From: Desulfobacterales bacterium
GTDB taxonomy: Bacteria; Desulfobacterota; Desulfobacteria; Desulfobacterales; UBA5852
NCBI GenBank assembly: GCA_963674755.2
Contig: CAXXVS010000002.1
Coordinates: 480,001 to 544,000 of the forward strand
DNA: 64,000 nucleotides
Direction: 5' to 3'
Positions 49,953 through 59,588 of the stretch are shown in pieces. The position numbers and the translations under genes are program-made. Each line of letters begins with the position of its first letter. The first letter of the stretch is position 1. The notes under the pieces were generated by a model, which made no database searches, was not told the DNA's origin, and was given only the letters and a program-made list of their open reading frames with translations.

Positions 49953-50714
49953 GTGAAACCCATGATCCATATCCTCCACCAAGACAACGATCTCGTGGCC
50001 GTCAACAAACCCAGCGGGATCAAGGTGCACCGCGGAAGCTTCGATACGCGCCGCGAACCCTTCGTCCTGCAAATGGTGCGCGACCAGCTGGGGCAACACC
50101 TTTATCCGGTGCATCGCCTGGACAAACCCACCTCCGGCATTCTGGTGTTCGCCCTCAACCCGGGGGCGGCTCGCTCGCTGTCCAAATCCTTCGCCCGTCG
50201 CCAGGTGCGGAAAACCTATCTGGCGGTGGTCCGGGGCTATATTGCGGAGGAAGGCGAGGTGGATCACCCCCTGGAACGCAGTGCCAACGGCGAGACTTTC
50301 GATAAATCTTCCCGACCGGCACTGACGCGCTATCTGCGCCTGGACACGGCGGAGTTGCCCGTGGCGGTGGGCCGCTATGCCACCGGCCGGTATTCCCTGG
50401 TCCAAGTCATGCCGGCCACCGGCCGGATGCACCAGATCCGGCGCCACATGCGGCATCTGCGCCACCCCATCATCAACGACCGTCAATATGGCGACAACAA
50501 GCACAATCGTTTTTTCACCGATGAACTCCACTGCCGACGCCTGCTGCTGGCCGCCACCGAAATTCGCTTTCCCCACCCCCGCACCCGGGAGACGACATGT
50601 CTGACGGCCCGGCTGGATGATGCGTTTAATGCCATTTTAAACCACATGGGCTGGGAAAACGCGGTCCCTCATCGGTGGCGTTGTAGCTGTGGCAGTTCCT
50701 CCAGCGGTTTCTAA
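49953..50714 (+). CDS. truC: RluA/TruC-family pseudouridine synthase
   Basis: VNKPSG, HRLDKPTSG, TGRMHQIRRH, YGDNKHNR. Confidence 0.8.
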   Translation: MKPMIHILHQDNDLVAVNKPSGIKVHRGSFDTRREPFVLQMVRDQLGQHLYPVHRLDKPTSGILVFALNPGAARSLSKSFARRQVRKTYLAVVRGYIAEEGEVDHPLERSANGETFDKSSRPALTRYLRLDTAELPVAVGRYATGRYSLVQVMPATGRMHQIRRHMRHLRHPIINDRQYGDNKHNRFFTDELHCRRLLLAATEIRFPHPRTRETTCLTARLDDAFNAILNHMGWENAVPHRWRCSCGSSSSGF

Positions 50715-51883
50715 CCAGTTCTGAAGGACGCCAGCAGCATCCGACCGGCGTTGCGGGCCCCCACGATATTGCGGGCGCAAGGGCCGACCTGGAGTTCGGC
50801 CAGAGGGCCCGTGACATAGATATTTTTCCCCCACTGGAGATCCTCCCCCACGATGGGGTAGCCGCAAGGGTTGCAGGGCAAATTGAAATCTGCGATCAGG
50901 CGGTCCACCAAACCGCCGCCGGGACGCTCCGGGCGGAAGCCGGTGGCCAGAACGACGCGGTCGGTTCGCATGCTGCCGGCGGTGGTCAGAAGCCGGATAC
51001 CGCCGTCTTCCATGACAGCCTTCTGAACGGCGGCTTCCTGGAGGCCCAGGCGGCCTTGGGCGCGGGCGCGGGTGAATTCGGACAGGATCTCGCCCGGCAG
51101 GCTGCCCGGGATGCGGGCTTCCTCAATCGTGGTGCGCCGGGTTGGATAGTCTTCCCGGTAGAAACGGCGCAGGCACTTGGGGCCGATCCAGCAGGGATTG
51201 AAGTCGAACTGGCTCTCCTGCAGGGACCGGCGGGTCAGCAAGGTCACCTGCGCGCCGGGATGGGCCGCCAGGGATAGGGAGGTCTGCGCGGCTGTGATGC
51301 CGCCACCGATCACCACGATCGATTGCTGCGGTCCACCATCCTCTTCCCGGAAGACGGGCTCGAAGACATGCACGACCGGACCACCAGCCCGCCGCAGATC
51401 CCTGGCCCAGGACGGCCAGCAGAGCTGCTCGCCCATGCCGATGGCCAGAAGAACGCGGCGGGTTTTCAGCGGGCCGGCCGTCGTCTCCACCACGAGCCGG
51501 GGACCGTCGCAGCGCACGATCAGGGCCCGCGCCCGGATATGGCGCCGGGCCAGACCGTTTTCTTCGATGACGTGATCGCTATGGGCGCGGAACAAGGCCA
51601 GGGATGGGCGGTTGTAAGGCGGGATGAAATCGGCCAGGGTCCGACCAGCAGGGGTTTTGGCGAATCGGTAGATGGACAGGATCGGAACGTCGATATGGTG
51701 GGTGGCCGGCGAACGCAAAAAATGCATGCCGCAACGGGCGGTCATGCGGTTCCAGGCGGCCAGTAGACGGTCGTGGGGGTCGAGGATGCCGACCTGTTCG
51801 GGCGCGAGATGGGACTGCTGCGTCAGCAGGTTGGCCAGATAGGTGCCGTGAATGCCGCCGCCGACGATCAGCCATTCCAGCAT
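50711..51883 (-). CDS. FAD/NAD(P)-binding oxidoreductase (lysine N6-hydroxylase-like)
   Basis: IVGGGIHG, LRSP, IGGGITAAQ, LATGF. Confidence 0.82.
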   Translation of the reverse strand: MLEWLIVGGGIHGTYLANLLTQQSHLAPEQVGILDPHDRLLAAWNRMTARCGMHFLRSPATHHIDVPILSIYRFAKTPAGRTLADFIPPYNRPSLALFRAHSDHVIEENGLARRHIRARALIVRCDGPRLVVETTAGPLKTRRVLLAIGMGEQLCWPSWARDLRRAGGPVVHVFEPVFREEDGGPQQSIVVIGGGITAAQTSLSLAAHPGAQVTLLTRRSLQESQFDFNPCWIGPKCLRRFYREDYPTRRTTIEEARIPGSLPGEILSEFTRARAQGRLGLQEAAVQKAVMEDGGIRLLTTAGSMRTDRVVLATGFRPERPGGGLVDRLIADFNLPCNPCGYPIVGEDLQWGKNIYVTGPLAELQVGPCARNIVGARNAGRMLLASFRTG

Positions 51884-51889
51884 GTGGGT

Positions 51890-52048
51890 TTACGCCAGCT
51901 TTTCGAAGTATTCTTTTTCAGCGCCGCACAAGGGGCAGACCCAATCGTCCGGAAGGTCTTCGAAAGGGGTTTCGGCCGGAATGTTGTTTTCGATGTCGCC
52001 CTCCATGGGGTCGTAAATGTAGCCGCAGGGGCATTCCCATTTGTCCAT
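51890..52048 (-). CDS. Rubredoxin
   Basis: [14 protein letters not shown]...[24 protein letters not shown]. Confidence 0.92.
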   Translation of the reverse strand: MDKWECPCGYIYDPMEGDIENNIPAETPFEDLPDDWVCPLCGAEKEYFEKLA

Positions 52049-52261
52049 GTGTCCTCCTTGCTCCAGTGAAATGGGGGGGTAACCGTCTACACGGTCCGTA
52101 ACAGTAATGCGGTGGTCCTCAGGGGTCAAGCCCAATCCGTCCCCCCCTATCCAAAGGCAGGCCTTGCGGTCATCGCGTCGTTGACACCGGGCGGCAATCC
52201 ATTTACAGTGCCGACGCTCAAACGGAAGGCCTCCGTACGGGCCATTTTCAGGTCAGGAACT

Positions 52262-53593
52262 ATGTCCGCCACTATCGAAGATCGCTATTATATCCGTAAT
52301 GTTTTCGGGATTTCCGCCGTGGAATTCCTGTGGGGACTCGGGCTGCCGGTGGTGGTGGAGAGCACCTTCCTGCAATTGTTCCTCAAGAACCTGGGGGCCT
52401 CCAACCTGGGTCTGGGCCTGATTCCCATATTCTTCTTTATCGGCACCTCGGTGTTCGCCCTGCTGTCGAGCTACATGACTGAAGGCATGGTCTTCAAGCG
52501 GCGGGCCGTGGTGGTACTCCATCTCATTTCAGCCCTGTCCCTGCTGGCCTTCGGCGGCCTGCTGATCATCATGGGCCGGTCGGAGAACACCCTGATGCTG
52601 TTTTTCGTGTGCTACGCCGTGTTTTCCGTTTGCATCGGCATGACCGTTCCGGTGTGGCTCAATTATCTGGTCAAAATTCTCTCGGAGAAGAAATCCACCA
52701 CCGGCCTGGGTTATATGATGATCGCCCAGAATGCCGCCAAGCTGATCAGCAGTCTCGTGGTCATGCGGGTGGTGGAGCAGTATGCTTTCGCGCCCATGTC
52801 CTCGGCGCTTATATTCCTGGTGGTGGGCGTCTTTTTTTTTCTGGGATCGCTGTTTTTCTACCTGACCCGGGAGGTGCTCGAGCAGGCCCCGGCGCGGCCG
52901 AGGCGGCCCTCATTTTTCACTTTTATCAATAACACCCGGCGCCATATGTTTCGGAACCGCAACTTTCTCATCTTTTTGGGAAGCGATCTCGAGCTCTACA
53001 TCGTGGTATCGGTAATCTCCTTCTATGCGACTTACGCCACCGAATTCGGCGGGGTTTCGCCGGCCGTGGCGGCCGGTATCTTTGTGGCCCTCATTTATAT
53101 CGGCGCCATTTGCTCCAATGTGATCCTGGGTACCCTGGGCTGGCTGAGCCTGAAGCACAAGGCCATGGCCTCCAAAGTGAGTTCCATGACAGCCGTTGTG
53201 CTGATGGCCCTCTGGTGCACGCCCACGAGCTTCTTTGTCGCCAGCTTCCTGCTGGGGACGGCCCGGGGCACCCGCATGATCGTTTATGCCCCGGCCGTCA
53301 AAAAGCTTTCCGGTCTTTCAGACGCCACCCCTTATTTCGCTGTGGCACCGGTTCTGACCCTGCCCCTGGCCATGGGACTGCCCCTGGCCTGCGGCCATTT
53401 CCTGGATCGCACGGCCTGGATGGCCGGTGACGCCTACCGCCTGATGCTGGGCGTGGCCGCGCTCCTCATTGCGGGGACCCTGTGGTGTGCCTGGCGCACG
53501 GATTTTGCACCTGGTGCGGTCCTGGCGGAAGAGCCGGCACGTGACCGATCGGTGATCCCACCGGCCAGCACCCGGCCCGTATCTTCGGATTAG
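52262..53593 (+). CDS. MFS transporter
   Basis: About 12 TM helices in 6+6 arrangement, central RNRNF. Confidence 0.85.
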   Translation: MSATIEDRYYIRNVFGISAVEFLWGLGLPVVVESTFLQLFLKNLGASNLGLGLIPIFFFIGTSVFALLSSYMTEGMVFKRRAVVVLHLISALSLLAFGGLLIIMGRSENTLMLFFVCYAVFSVCIGMTVPVWLNYLVKILSEKKSTTGLGYMMIAQNAAKLISSLVVMRVVEQYAFAPMSSALIFLVVGVFFFLGSLFFYLTREVLEQAPARPRRPSFFTFINNTRRHMFRNRNFLIFLGSDLELYIVVSVISFYATYATEFGGVSPAVAAGIFVALIYIGAICSNVILGTLGWLSLKHKAMASKVSSMTAVVLMALWCTPTSFFVASFLLGTARGTRMIVYAPAVKKLSGLSDATPYFAVAPVLTLPLAMGLPLACGHFLDRTAWMAGDAYRLMLGVAALLIAGTLWCAWRTDFAPGAVLAEEPARDRSVIPPASTRPVSSD

Positions 53594-53941
53594 AACCTTT
53601 ATCTGATTTGAAGGGCGACGCGTCTTAGCCAGCTGTGGATAACCAACGGGCTGCAAGGCAAGGCGCCGCCCGATGGGATAGATGCCATAACCCCAATGTT
53701 AGCTGCTTTGCGGGGGGCGGGACTTCCCTTGGTCCATAGGATCAGACGCGGAATGCGGCGCGTGTGGCCAAGCCGTATTTCAGGCTGAGGCCTCTTCAGT
53801 CACGGCCTGTCGCCGCTGCACCGGTTGATATATCTCATTATAATCGCTTGACTTTTGAGAGACGTTCTGTTGGACTACGTTACACAGCGCGCTCAATTCC
53901 ATTCAGGCTAAGAAGGGTGAGAAATGCCATTCTCCCACGCC

Positions 53942-53983
53942 AACCCTGCTTCTCAGGTCATAGAGGTGGGGTTTTGTGTTTTT
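53942..53983 (+). terminator. Terminator-like hairpin in the leader of the 54010 gene
   Basis: AACCCTGCTTCT/AGAGGTGGGGTT stem (G-U rich) followed by TTGTGTTTTT. Confidence 0.55.
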
Positions 53984-54009
53984 GCGCTCATCGATTAGGG
54001 GAGGTGCCC

Positions 54010-54417
54010 ATGTTCTACCGGTACAACTTCATTGCAGAACGGACGCTGTTGAAGGTGATGGTCTACGGAACCGCCAACCTGGAGAATATGCGCTCCCGCC
54101 TCACCCTGTTGGCCAACGATCATCGCTGGAAAAGCGAATACAAACTGTTGGTGGATTATTCCGGCGTTACGGTGATTGAAACACCGAAGGCTTTTGGGGA
54201 AACCATCAAGGAACTCCTGAGCGAAATCCCGGTGGAAAAACTCCCGGTCGGCATTGCCTACGTCTTCCCGGAGCGCCTTTTCTGCCAGTGCTTTAATTCT
54301 GACGTTTCAACGCACAGCATTGCGGCCGGGTGCAAAGTCAGTTTCTTCCGGCGGGAAGAGGAGGCCATTGACTGGCTTGAAAAGCTGGGCGCCGACTATC
54401 GTCTGGCCATGTCCTAA
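54010..54417 (+). CDS. SpoIIAA/STAS-like hypothetical protein
   Basis: LLVDYS, IAYV, FFRREEEAIDWL; GGAGG RBS. Confidence 0.65.
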   Translation: MFYRYNFIAERTLLKVMVYGTANLENMRSRLTLLANDHRWKSEYKLLVDYSGVTVIETPKAFGETIKELLSEIPVEKLPVGIAYVFPERLFCQCFNSDVSTHSIAAGCKVSFFRREEEAIDWLEKLGADYRLAMS

Positions 54418-54472
54418 TCCTGCAACGGGCAACCACCGCGCGTTAACCCGCCTTACAGTCAACCCTCTTACG

Positions 54473-54838
54473 TCAGATATAGTGGCGTAACGTCTGCAGC
54501 AGTTTCAGCGCATCGTTCCGGCTTGGTTTGGGAGGGAGCTGGGCCATGATACCGAGGCCCTCGGAAGTTTCATGGAAGTCGTCGTGGGACAGGGGGCTTA
54601 CGGCTGCCGTCTGGATAAAGGCGTCGATGCCGATCAGGCGCTGGATCAGGCCCAGTCCGCTATCGCCGCCGATGGACTCGTCGACCACCACCAGAGCAGG
54701 GGAATGGGCCGCCACACTTTCCAGGGCGGCTGCACCGTCATGGGCCCAGAGCACTTCGATCTCCATTTCATCGCCCAGGGCTTGGGCCAATTCTTCCAAT
54801 GAATCAACCTGATCGGCGACCAACAGGATGCGGGGCAT
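54473..54838 (-). CDS. Single-domain response-regulator receiver (atypical)
   Basis: ILLVAD, VVVD, SGLGL, PKP. Confidence 0.75.
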   Translation of the reverse strand: MPRILLVADQVDSLEELAQALGDEMEIEVLWAHDGAAALESVAAHSPALVVVDESIGGDSGLGLIQRLIGIDAFIQTAAVSPLSHDDFHETSEGLGIMAQLPPKPSRNDALKLLQTLRHYI

Positions 54839-54916
54839 GGTTCCTCCTCGGGAGTGCGTGGCGGTATGCTTTAAGATCAGAGTGGCATATTCCCGTCCCG
54901 GCGTAAAACAAAATCG

Positions 54917-55171
54917 TCAAGCACCTGCTTTCCCGCAACAGGACCCCGGTCCGGCGCAGCCGGCGTGGCCGGGACGGCTGCCGCAACAGCCCGTGTCGGA
55001 CGGACCCGGCAGGTTGACGGCCGTACGGCCGGTGAGCGAGCTCGTCGCGGACATGATTTTGGTGGTCTCCCCGGATCCGCAGCTAGGGCAGATCAAAGGT
55101 GCCGTGCCGGATGTCACGAGGACTTCGCCGGTTTGCCCGCAGGTGCGGCACTGGATATCAAAGAGCGGCAT
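54917..55171 (-). CDS. FmdB-family zinc-ribbon protein with Cys-rich tail
   Basis: MPLFDIQCRTCG...CPSCGS...CCG...CCG. Confidence 0.85.
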   Translation of the reverse strand: MPLFDIQCRTCGQTGEVLVTSGTAPLICPSCGSGETTKIMSATSSLTGRTAVNLPGPSDTGCCGSRPGHAGCAGPGSCCGKAGA

Positions 55172-55343
55172 TTCCCGTTCTCCTTTCTCCCGCAGCTTTT
55201 TCGTCGTTTGAAAAGCGCGGACGGCGGCGGCCATACCGGATGTCCCCCATGGCATCCTGACGGCAACCGCCGTTCGCGACAGGTTAAGACTTCTTAGACG
55301 ATGCGATCGCGCCTGGGGCCTTGGTCAGTTCGTGGACCAAGGC

Positions 55344-55724
55344 TTAGGCGCCGCCTCCGCCGCCGCAGGTGTGCTCCTGGCGGAATTCCGGCAATTTGTC
55401 TTCGATAAAGGCCTGCACGGCTTCCCCCACGCTCCGGGTGTCACCGCCGAAATAGACGGAAATACCCACCTGGTTAAAGCCCATCAAGGGGCGAAATCCC
55501 ATGCCGCCGGCAATGAGGGCCTGGGTGCCGTTGTCCGCCAGATATTTGACCGGCGCCATGCAGCCCCCCTGTTGATGGGGCACATTCGGGATGACATCCA
55601 CGGACTTGATGGTCTTATCTTCCAGTGTGACCAGTGTGTAGAGGTCGCAGTGGCCGAAATGGGCCCCCAGCATGGCGTCCAGCCCGCCGGGGTGGGAAGA
55701 TGGGATCGCTACAATTGTACTCAT
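55344..55724 (-). CDS. NifB/NifX-family (Orp-like) Fe-Mo cluster-binding protein
   Basis: HFGHC, GGC, GGMG. Confidence 0.85.
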   Translation of the reverse strand: MSTIVAIPSSHPGGLDAMLGAHFGHCDLYTLVTLEDKTIKSVDVIPNVPHQQGGCMAPVKYLADNGTQALIAGGMGFRPLMGFNQVGISVYFGGDTRSVGEAVQAFIEDKLPEFRQEHTCGGGGGA

Positions 55725-55785
55725 TGACTCAAACTCCTTTCCATCATCATGCTGTTCGATCGGTTTATCCGGTCAACCGGATGGA

Positions 55786-56688
55786 TCAGCCGATGGCGGC
55801 CTGATCCTTGGCGGGCGCCGGTTTGGCGCCCAGCTTCAATATGGCGTGCCATACGGCTTCAACCGCCGCACCAATACCCTCGGGACGAAATTCCGTAACG
55901 GTCAGCCCCTGGACCATGGCTTCGGTAAACACCTGATCGTGGGGCAACTCACCGATAAGCGGCAGGTGTTGGGTCCGGCAATAGGCTTTAATATCGTTCG
56001 CCTGATCGAGATTCAAGTCGCATTTGTTGATAATGACGCCGGCCGGGATCTTGAAATGACGGCACAATTCCAGTACGCGCTCCAGATCGTGCCGGCCGGA
56101 TACGGTCGGTTCGGTCACGATGACGGCCAGATCGACGCCGGATAGCGCGGCAATCACCGGGCAGCCGATTCCCGGTGGTCCATCGGACAGGATCAGGTCC
56201 CGTCCTTGGGCTTCGGCCATGGCCCGCGCCTGCTGGCGCAGGAGGGCGACCAAACGGCCGGAATTCTCCTCGGCCGGAAACAGCTGGGCATGCACCATGG
56301 GTCCGAAGCGACTTTCGGATTGATACCAGTCGCCGCAATGGTTGAGTGCGAAGGTAATGGCATCGGCCGGGCACAAGGCGACACAAAGTTTACAGCCTTC
56401 ACATTTAAGGGAGTCGACCACTGGCGGGTCATCGCCCTGGATGGCATCGTAGCGGCAGGCATCAAGGCATGTGCCGCAGCGCTCACAGTCCTCCGGGCGA
56501 ATAACGGCCTCGTGACCGGATTCGAACGCTTCCGTCGTATGGGTGTCGGGCTGCAGAATCAGGTGCAGGTCCGGGGCATCCACATCCAGGTCGCAGATCA
56601 CATGGTTGGACGCCAGATGGGCAAAGGCCGCTGTGAGCGTGGTTTTGCCCGTCCCCCCTTTGCCGCTGAGAATGAGGATTTCACGCAT
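55786..56688 (-). CDS. MinD/ParA-like ATPase with inserted 2x[4Fe-4S] ferredoxin
   Basis: SGKGGTGKT, DLDVDAPDL, two CxxCxxCxxxC motifs, DGPPGIGCP. Confidence 0.88.
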   Translation of the reverse strand: MREILILSGKGGTGKTTLTAAFAHLASNHVICDLDVDAPDLHLILQPDTHTTEAFESGHEAVIRPEDCERCGTCLDACRYDAIQGDDPPVVDSLKCEGCKLCVALCPADAITFALNHCGDWYQSESRFGPMVHAQLFPAEENSGRLVALLRQQARAMAEAQGRDLILSDGPPGIGCPVIAALSGVDLAVIVTEPTVSGRHDLERVLELCRHFKIPAGVIINKCDLNLDQANDIKAYCRTQHLPLIGELPHDQVFTEAMVQGLTVTEFRPEGIGAAVEAVWHAILKLGAKPAPAKDQAAIG

Positions 56689-57565
56689 GGCAGACCTCCT
56701 CGCTAGGGCTGGGGGGATTCGCCAAACCGGCAATGCGTTTTACCAGGGCGTCGAACAACGGTCGCACAGACGGGACCGCTTCCGTGATGATTTGCCCCCG
56801 AGCATACGCTTCGGCAATATCACGCTGATAGGGGATTTCAGCCAGAATCGGCAACGCTGTTTTTTGGCAATGACGATGGACGTCGCGTGTGCCGATATCG
56901 GCACGGTTGATGACCACGCCCATGGGTTTTTCCAGGGGCGCAAATGCTTTTTGGGCCAGGGCCAGATCATAGAGGCCGAAAGGGGTCGGTTCGGTGACCA
57001 GGACGATGACGTCGGCATCCATGACGGCATTGATGGCCGGACAGGAAACTCCCGGCGGGGCATCGATGATGATATCCCGATCGGGCGGTGTGGGGTCGAG
57101 TCCCAGATGGCGTTTGACGTTCCGCATCAGGGGCGGGCTCATGGCCTCGCCCACCCGCAGACGGCCCATGACGAACTCGATGGGGCCGGCCTGGCCGGTT
57201 ACGATCTGGCCTAACTCTCGTTTGCCCGGGGCAATCGCATTCTCCGGGCAGATCGTCCAGCAGGCGCCGCAGCCGTGGCACATTTCCGGAAAGGTCATCA
57301 CCACTTCTCCGAAAATGCCGATGGCCTTGAACTGGCAGATATCGGTGCAGGCCCGGCAGCGGGTGCAGCGCTCCTCGTCGATCTCGGGGATATCGATATA
57401 GGACGCCTTCTGATCACGGATGACCGGGTTGAGAAACAAATGCAGGTTGGGCTCTTCGACATCCAGGTCCACCGCGATCACGGGTGCGGGCCAGATCGAT
57501 GCCAGAGAGGCCGAAACGGTCGTTTTGCCGGTCCCGCCTTTTCCACTTGCAACAGCCACGATCAT
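56681..57565 (-). CDS. MinD/ParA-like ATPase with inserted 2x[4Fe-4S] ferredoxin (paralog)
   Basis: SGKGGTGKT, DVEEPN, CTRCRAC, DAPPGVSCP. Confidence 0.88.
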   Translation of the reverse strand: MIVAVASGKGGTGKTTVSASLASIWPAPVIAVDLDVEEPNLHLFLNPVIRDQKASYIDIPEIDEERCTRCRACTDICQFKAIGIFGEVVMTFPEMCHGCGACWTICPENAIAPGKRELGQIVTGQAGPIEFVMGRLRVGEAMSPPLMRNVKRHLGLDPTPPDRDIIIDAPPGVSCPAINAVMDADVIVLVTEPTPFGLYDLALAQKAFAPLEKPMGVVINRADIGTRDVHRHCQKTALPILAEIPYQRDIAEAYARGQIITEAVPSVRPLFDALVKRIAGLANPPSPSEEVCHA

Positions 57566-57930
57566 GCGCGATGCCCCCGGCTGTTGGGTGCGGCGGCCAT
57601 TTCCACGTCCCCCTGCTGAAAACGCCGGATGGCATCGCGTACCGTCAGGTCGTTCAGATTCTGGCCCACGGCAATCCCGACCGCCGACAGCGCCCGAAAG
57701 GCTTTGGGACCCACATAGCCTGTCAACACAACGCTGGCACCGGTGCCGGCAACAAGCTCGGCGGCTTGGATACCGGCCCCCTGGGCCATTACCTGGGTGG
57801 CGCCGTTGTCCACGAAATCGAAGGCCATGGTCTGGGGATCGACGATCATAAAGCCGGCGGCCCGGCCGAAACGCGGGTCGACCCGGGCATCCAGATCCGG
57901 CCCTTCGCTTGAAACTGCAATTTTAGCCAT
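57562..57930 (-). CDS. NifB/NifX-family (Orange protein-like)
   Basis: DPRFGRA, GAGIQAA, GPKAF. Confidence 0.88.
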   Translation of the reverse strand: MAKIAVSSEGPDLDARVDPRFGRAAGFMIVDPQTMAFDFVDNGATQVMAQGAGIQAAELVAGTGASVVLTGYVGPKAFRALSAVGIAVGQNLNDLTVRDAIRRFQQGDVEMAAAPNSRGHRA

Positions 57931-57966
57931 TTCAGCCACTCCTTGCTGCTTGAAAGGGTTATTGTA

Positions 57967-58015
57967 ATGAGCATATACTCATAAGTAAGATAGCGCTACG
58001 TATAGGGCTTGTCAA
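57967..58015 (-). promoter_or_regulatory. Promoter and operator of the Orp-like operon
   Basis: TTGACA-17-TATCTT followed by near-palindrome ATGAGTATATGCTCAT. Confidence 0.7.
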
Positions 58016-58085
58016 GGGATTTATGAGATTGATCGTGAATATAGCGGCTGAGGCCTCAGCGAAGAACCGAATAGGAGCTGCAACT

Positions 58086-58397
58086 TCATGCGCCAAGGGG
58101 AGCCACCACGGTGGCGCCGGTGACCTCCAACTGCTTCAACCAAAGGAAGCGACGCAACCCGATTCGAATCGTTCCATCATCTTTCGCGGGCTGGATTCGC
58201 AGGGCCCTCCATATGGTGATACCACCATCTTCGAAGGAATGATAGGTGGCATTGGGTCCGGATTGCGGGCGACCCCTGCGAACTGCAGGAAGGTGGGTTG
58301 TACGGCATCAGCCCCCGACGGACAGAACGGCAAGCGTGATCTCGCCACCATGGCCTTGAATAAAGGCGCGTGCATCGGGTGTCAATTCGATTTTCAT
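58086..58397 (-). CDS. Putative selenoprotein (103 aa, GG-Sec-C; HesB/IscA-like 'CC/Se motif' type)
   Basis: GAGGAG RBS; in-frame TGA at codon 30 (58308-58310); frame stays open 73 more codons; SECIS-like hairpin 3' of UGA. Confidence 0.8.
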
Positions 58398-58600
58398 GAT
58401 CCTCTCCTCGTGCGTTACCGGATGGGCGGTTTGGCGGTCGCATGCCGGTGTTGCGGCTCACAGAAAGCGGCCTGTCACCGGCGGTGCCCTTAAAGGTTAA
58501 AACCGCGCGCAGGCAAAATCAAGTTGGGGGACCCTATCCCGATGTGCTGGTATGCTGGTGTTTCGGCGTCGGCCGGAGAAACACGCCGGCTTTAACAATC

Positions 58601-59248
58601 CTATTTCAGGAGGTTGGCGATGGCCGTAAACCCCTCGCGCTCGGCGATGTCCCGCGCGGTACGGCCGGAAGCATTGGCCAGCGTTTTGTCGGCGCCTTTT
58701 TCCAGCAGCAGCTTAACGATGGCTTCATGGCCTTCCGTGGCAGCCAGGATAAGGGCCGTGCGCCCCAACTTGTCCTGGAGGTTGACATCCGCACCCTTGT
58801 CCAGCAGATAGCGCACCGTGTCCAGATGGCCGTTGCTGGCGGCAAACATCAGGCCTGTCGATCCGTTGACGCTCTGACCGTTGAGTTTGGCGCCGTGTTC
58901 CAAAAGGAGCTTCACAATGTCGAGATGACCGAATTGGGCCGCCTGCATCAGTGCCGTCCATCCGGCGCGGCCCTCGATGTTGACATCCGCACCGCGTTTG
59001 AGCAACTCCTCGACAACCGGCGTATGTCCCTCCATGGAGGCCTTCATCAGGGCGGTCCAGCCGGCCGCATTCTTGGCATCCACGGCCACGCCGCTGTCAA
59101 GAAGCTGGCGCACGGAATCGAGGTTGCCTTGGGATGCCGCCGTGAACAAGGCCTCCGCACCATCGTCCGCCATCGCTAAGGCCGGCCAGCTGGTCATGAA
59201 GATCAGGATAAGCACAAGGGTGAGCCGTGGCACGCATTGCTTTCGCAT
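58601..59248 (-). CDS. Secreted ankyrin-repeat protein
   Basis: Signal peptide ending ALA; about 5 GxTALMxA ankyrin repeats; GGAGG RBS. Confidence 0.9.
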   Translation of the reverse strand: MRKQCVPRLTLVLILIFMTSWPALAMADDGAEALFTAASQGNLDSVRQLLDSGVAVDAKNAAGWTALMKASMEGHTPVVEELLKRGADVNIEGRAGWTALMQAAQFGHLDIVKLLLEHGAKLNGQSVNGSTGLMFAASNGHLDTVRYLLDKGADVNLQDKLGRTALILAATEGHEAIVKLLLEKGADKTLANASGRTARDIAEREGFTAIANLLK

Positions 59249-59588
59249 AAATCCTCCGTATGGCGCCATGTTGTTAAGTTTTACAGCCCGATTGTGGTGG
59301 GATCCGGCAGCGGCATCGCCGCTTCCCGGGTGACGCTTCGTACCATAATGGGTTGGGGAGCGTTTGCGCATCGTAAGAGGATACAGATAGACACCGCCGA
59401 AGCATCGTTGTCGAATATTGCCGATAGGCTTTATTTAGGTCTATATATCAGAAAATACTTGCTAAAACAATGTTCGTCAGGAAATGCAAAAGCATGGAGG
59501 GAGGGTTAATCAGCAACAGACCGCGATGGGGCCGGCTTGGCCTCCGCAATTGAACGGGAGCGGGTTCTCCATGGCGACGCGTTCCGTC

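Noticed and set aside
53634..53642. DnaA box (TGTGGATAA)
   Set aside because: Single copy, with no cluster or AT-rich unwinding element, so not an origin
54473..57930. Orp-like operon as a novel system
   Set aside because: NifB/NifX plus MinD-ferredoxin clusters are already described in sulfate reducers (Orange protein complex)
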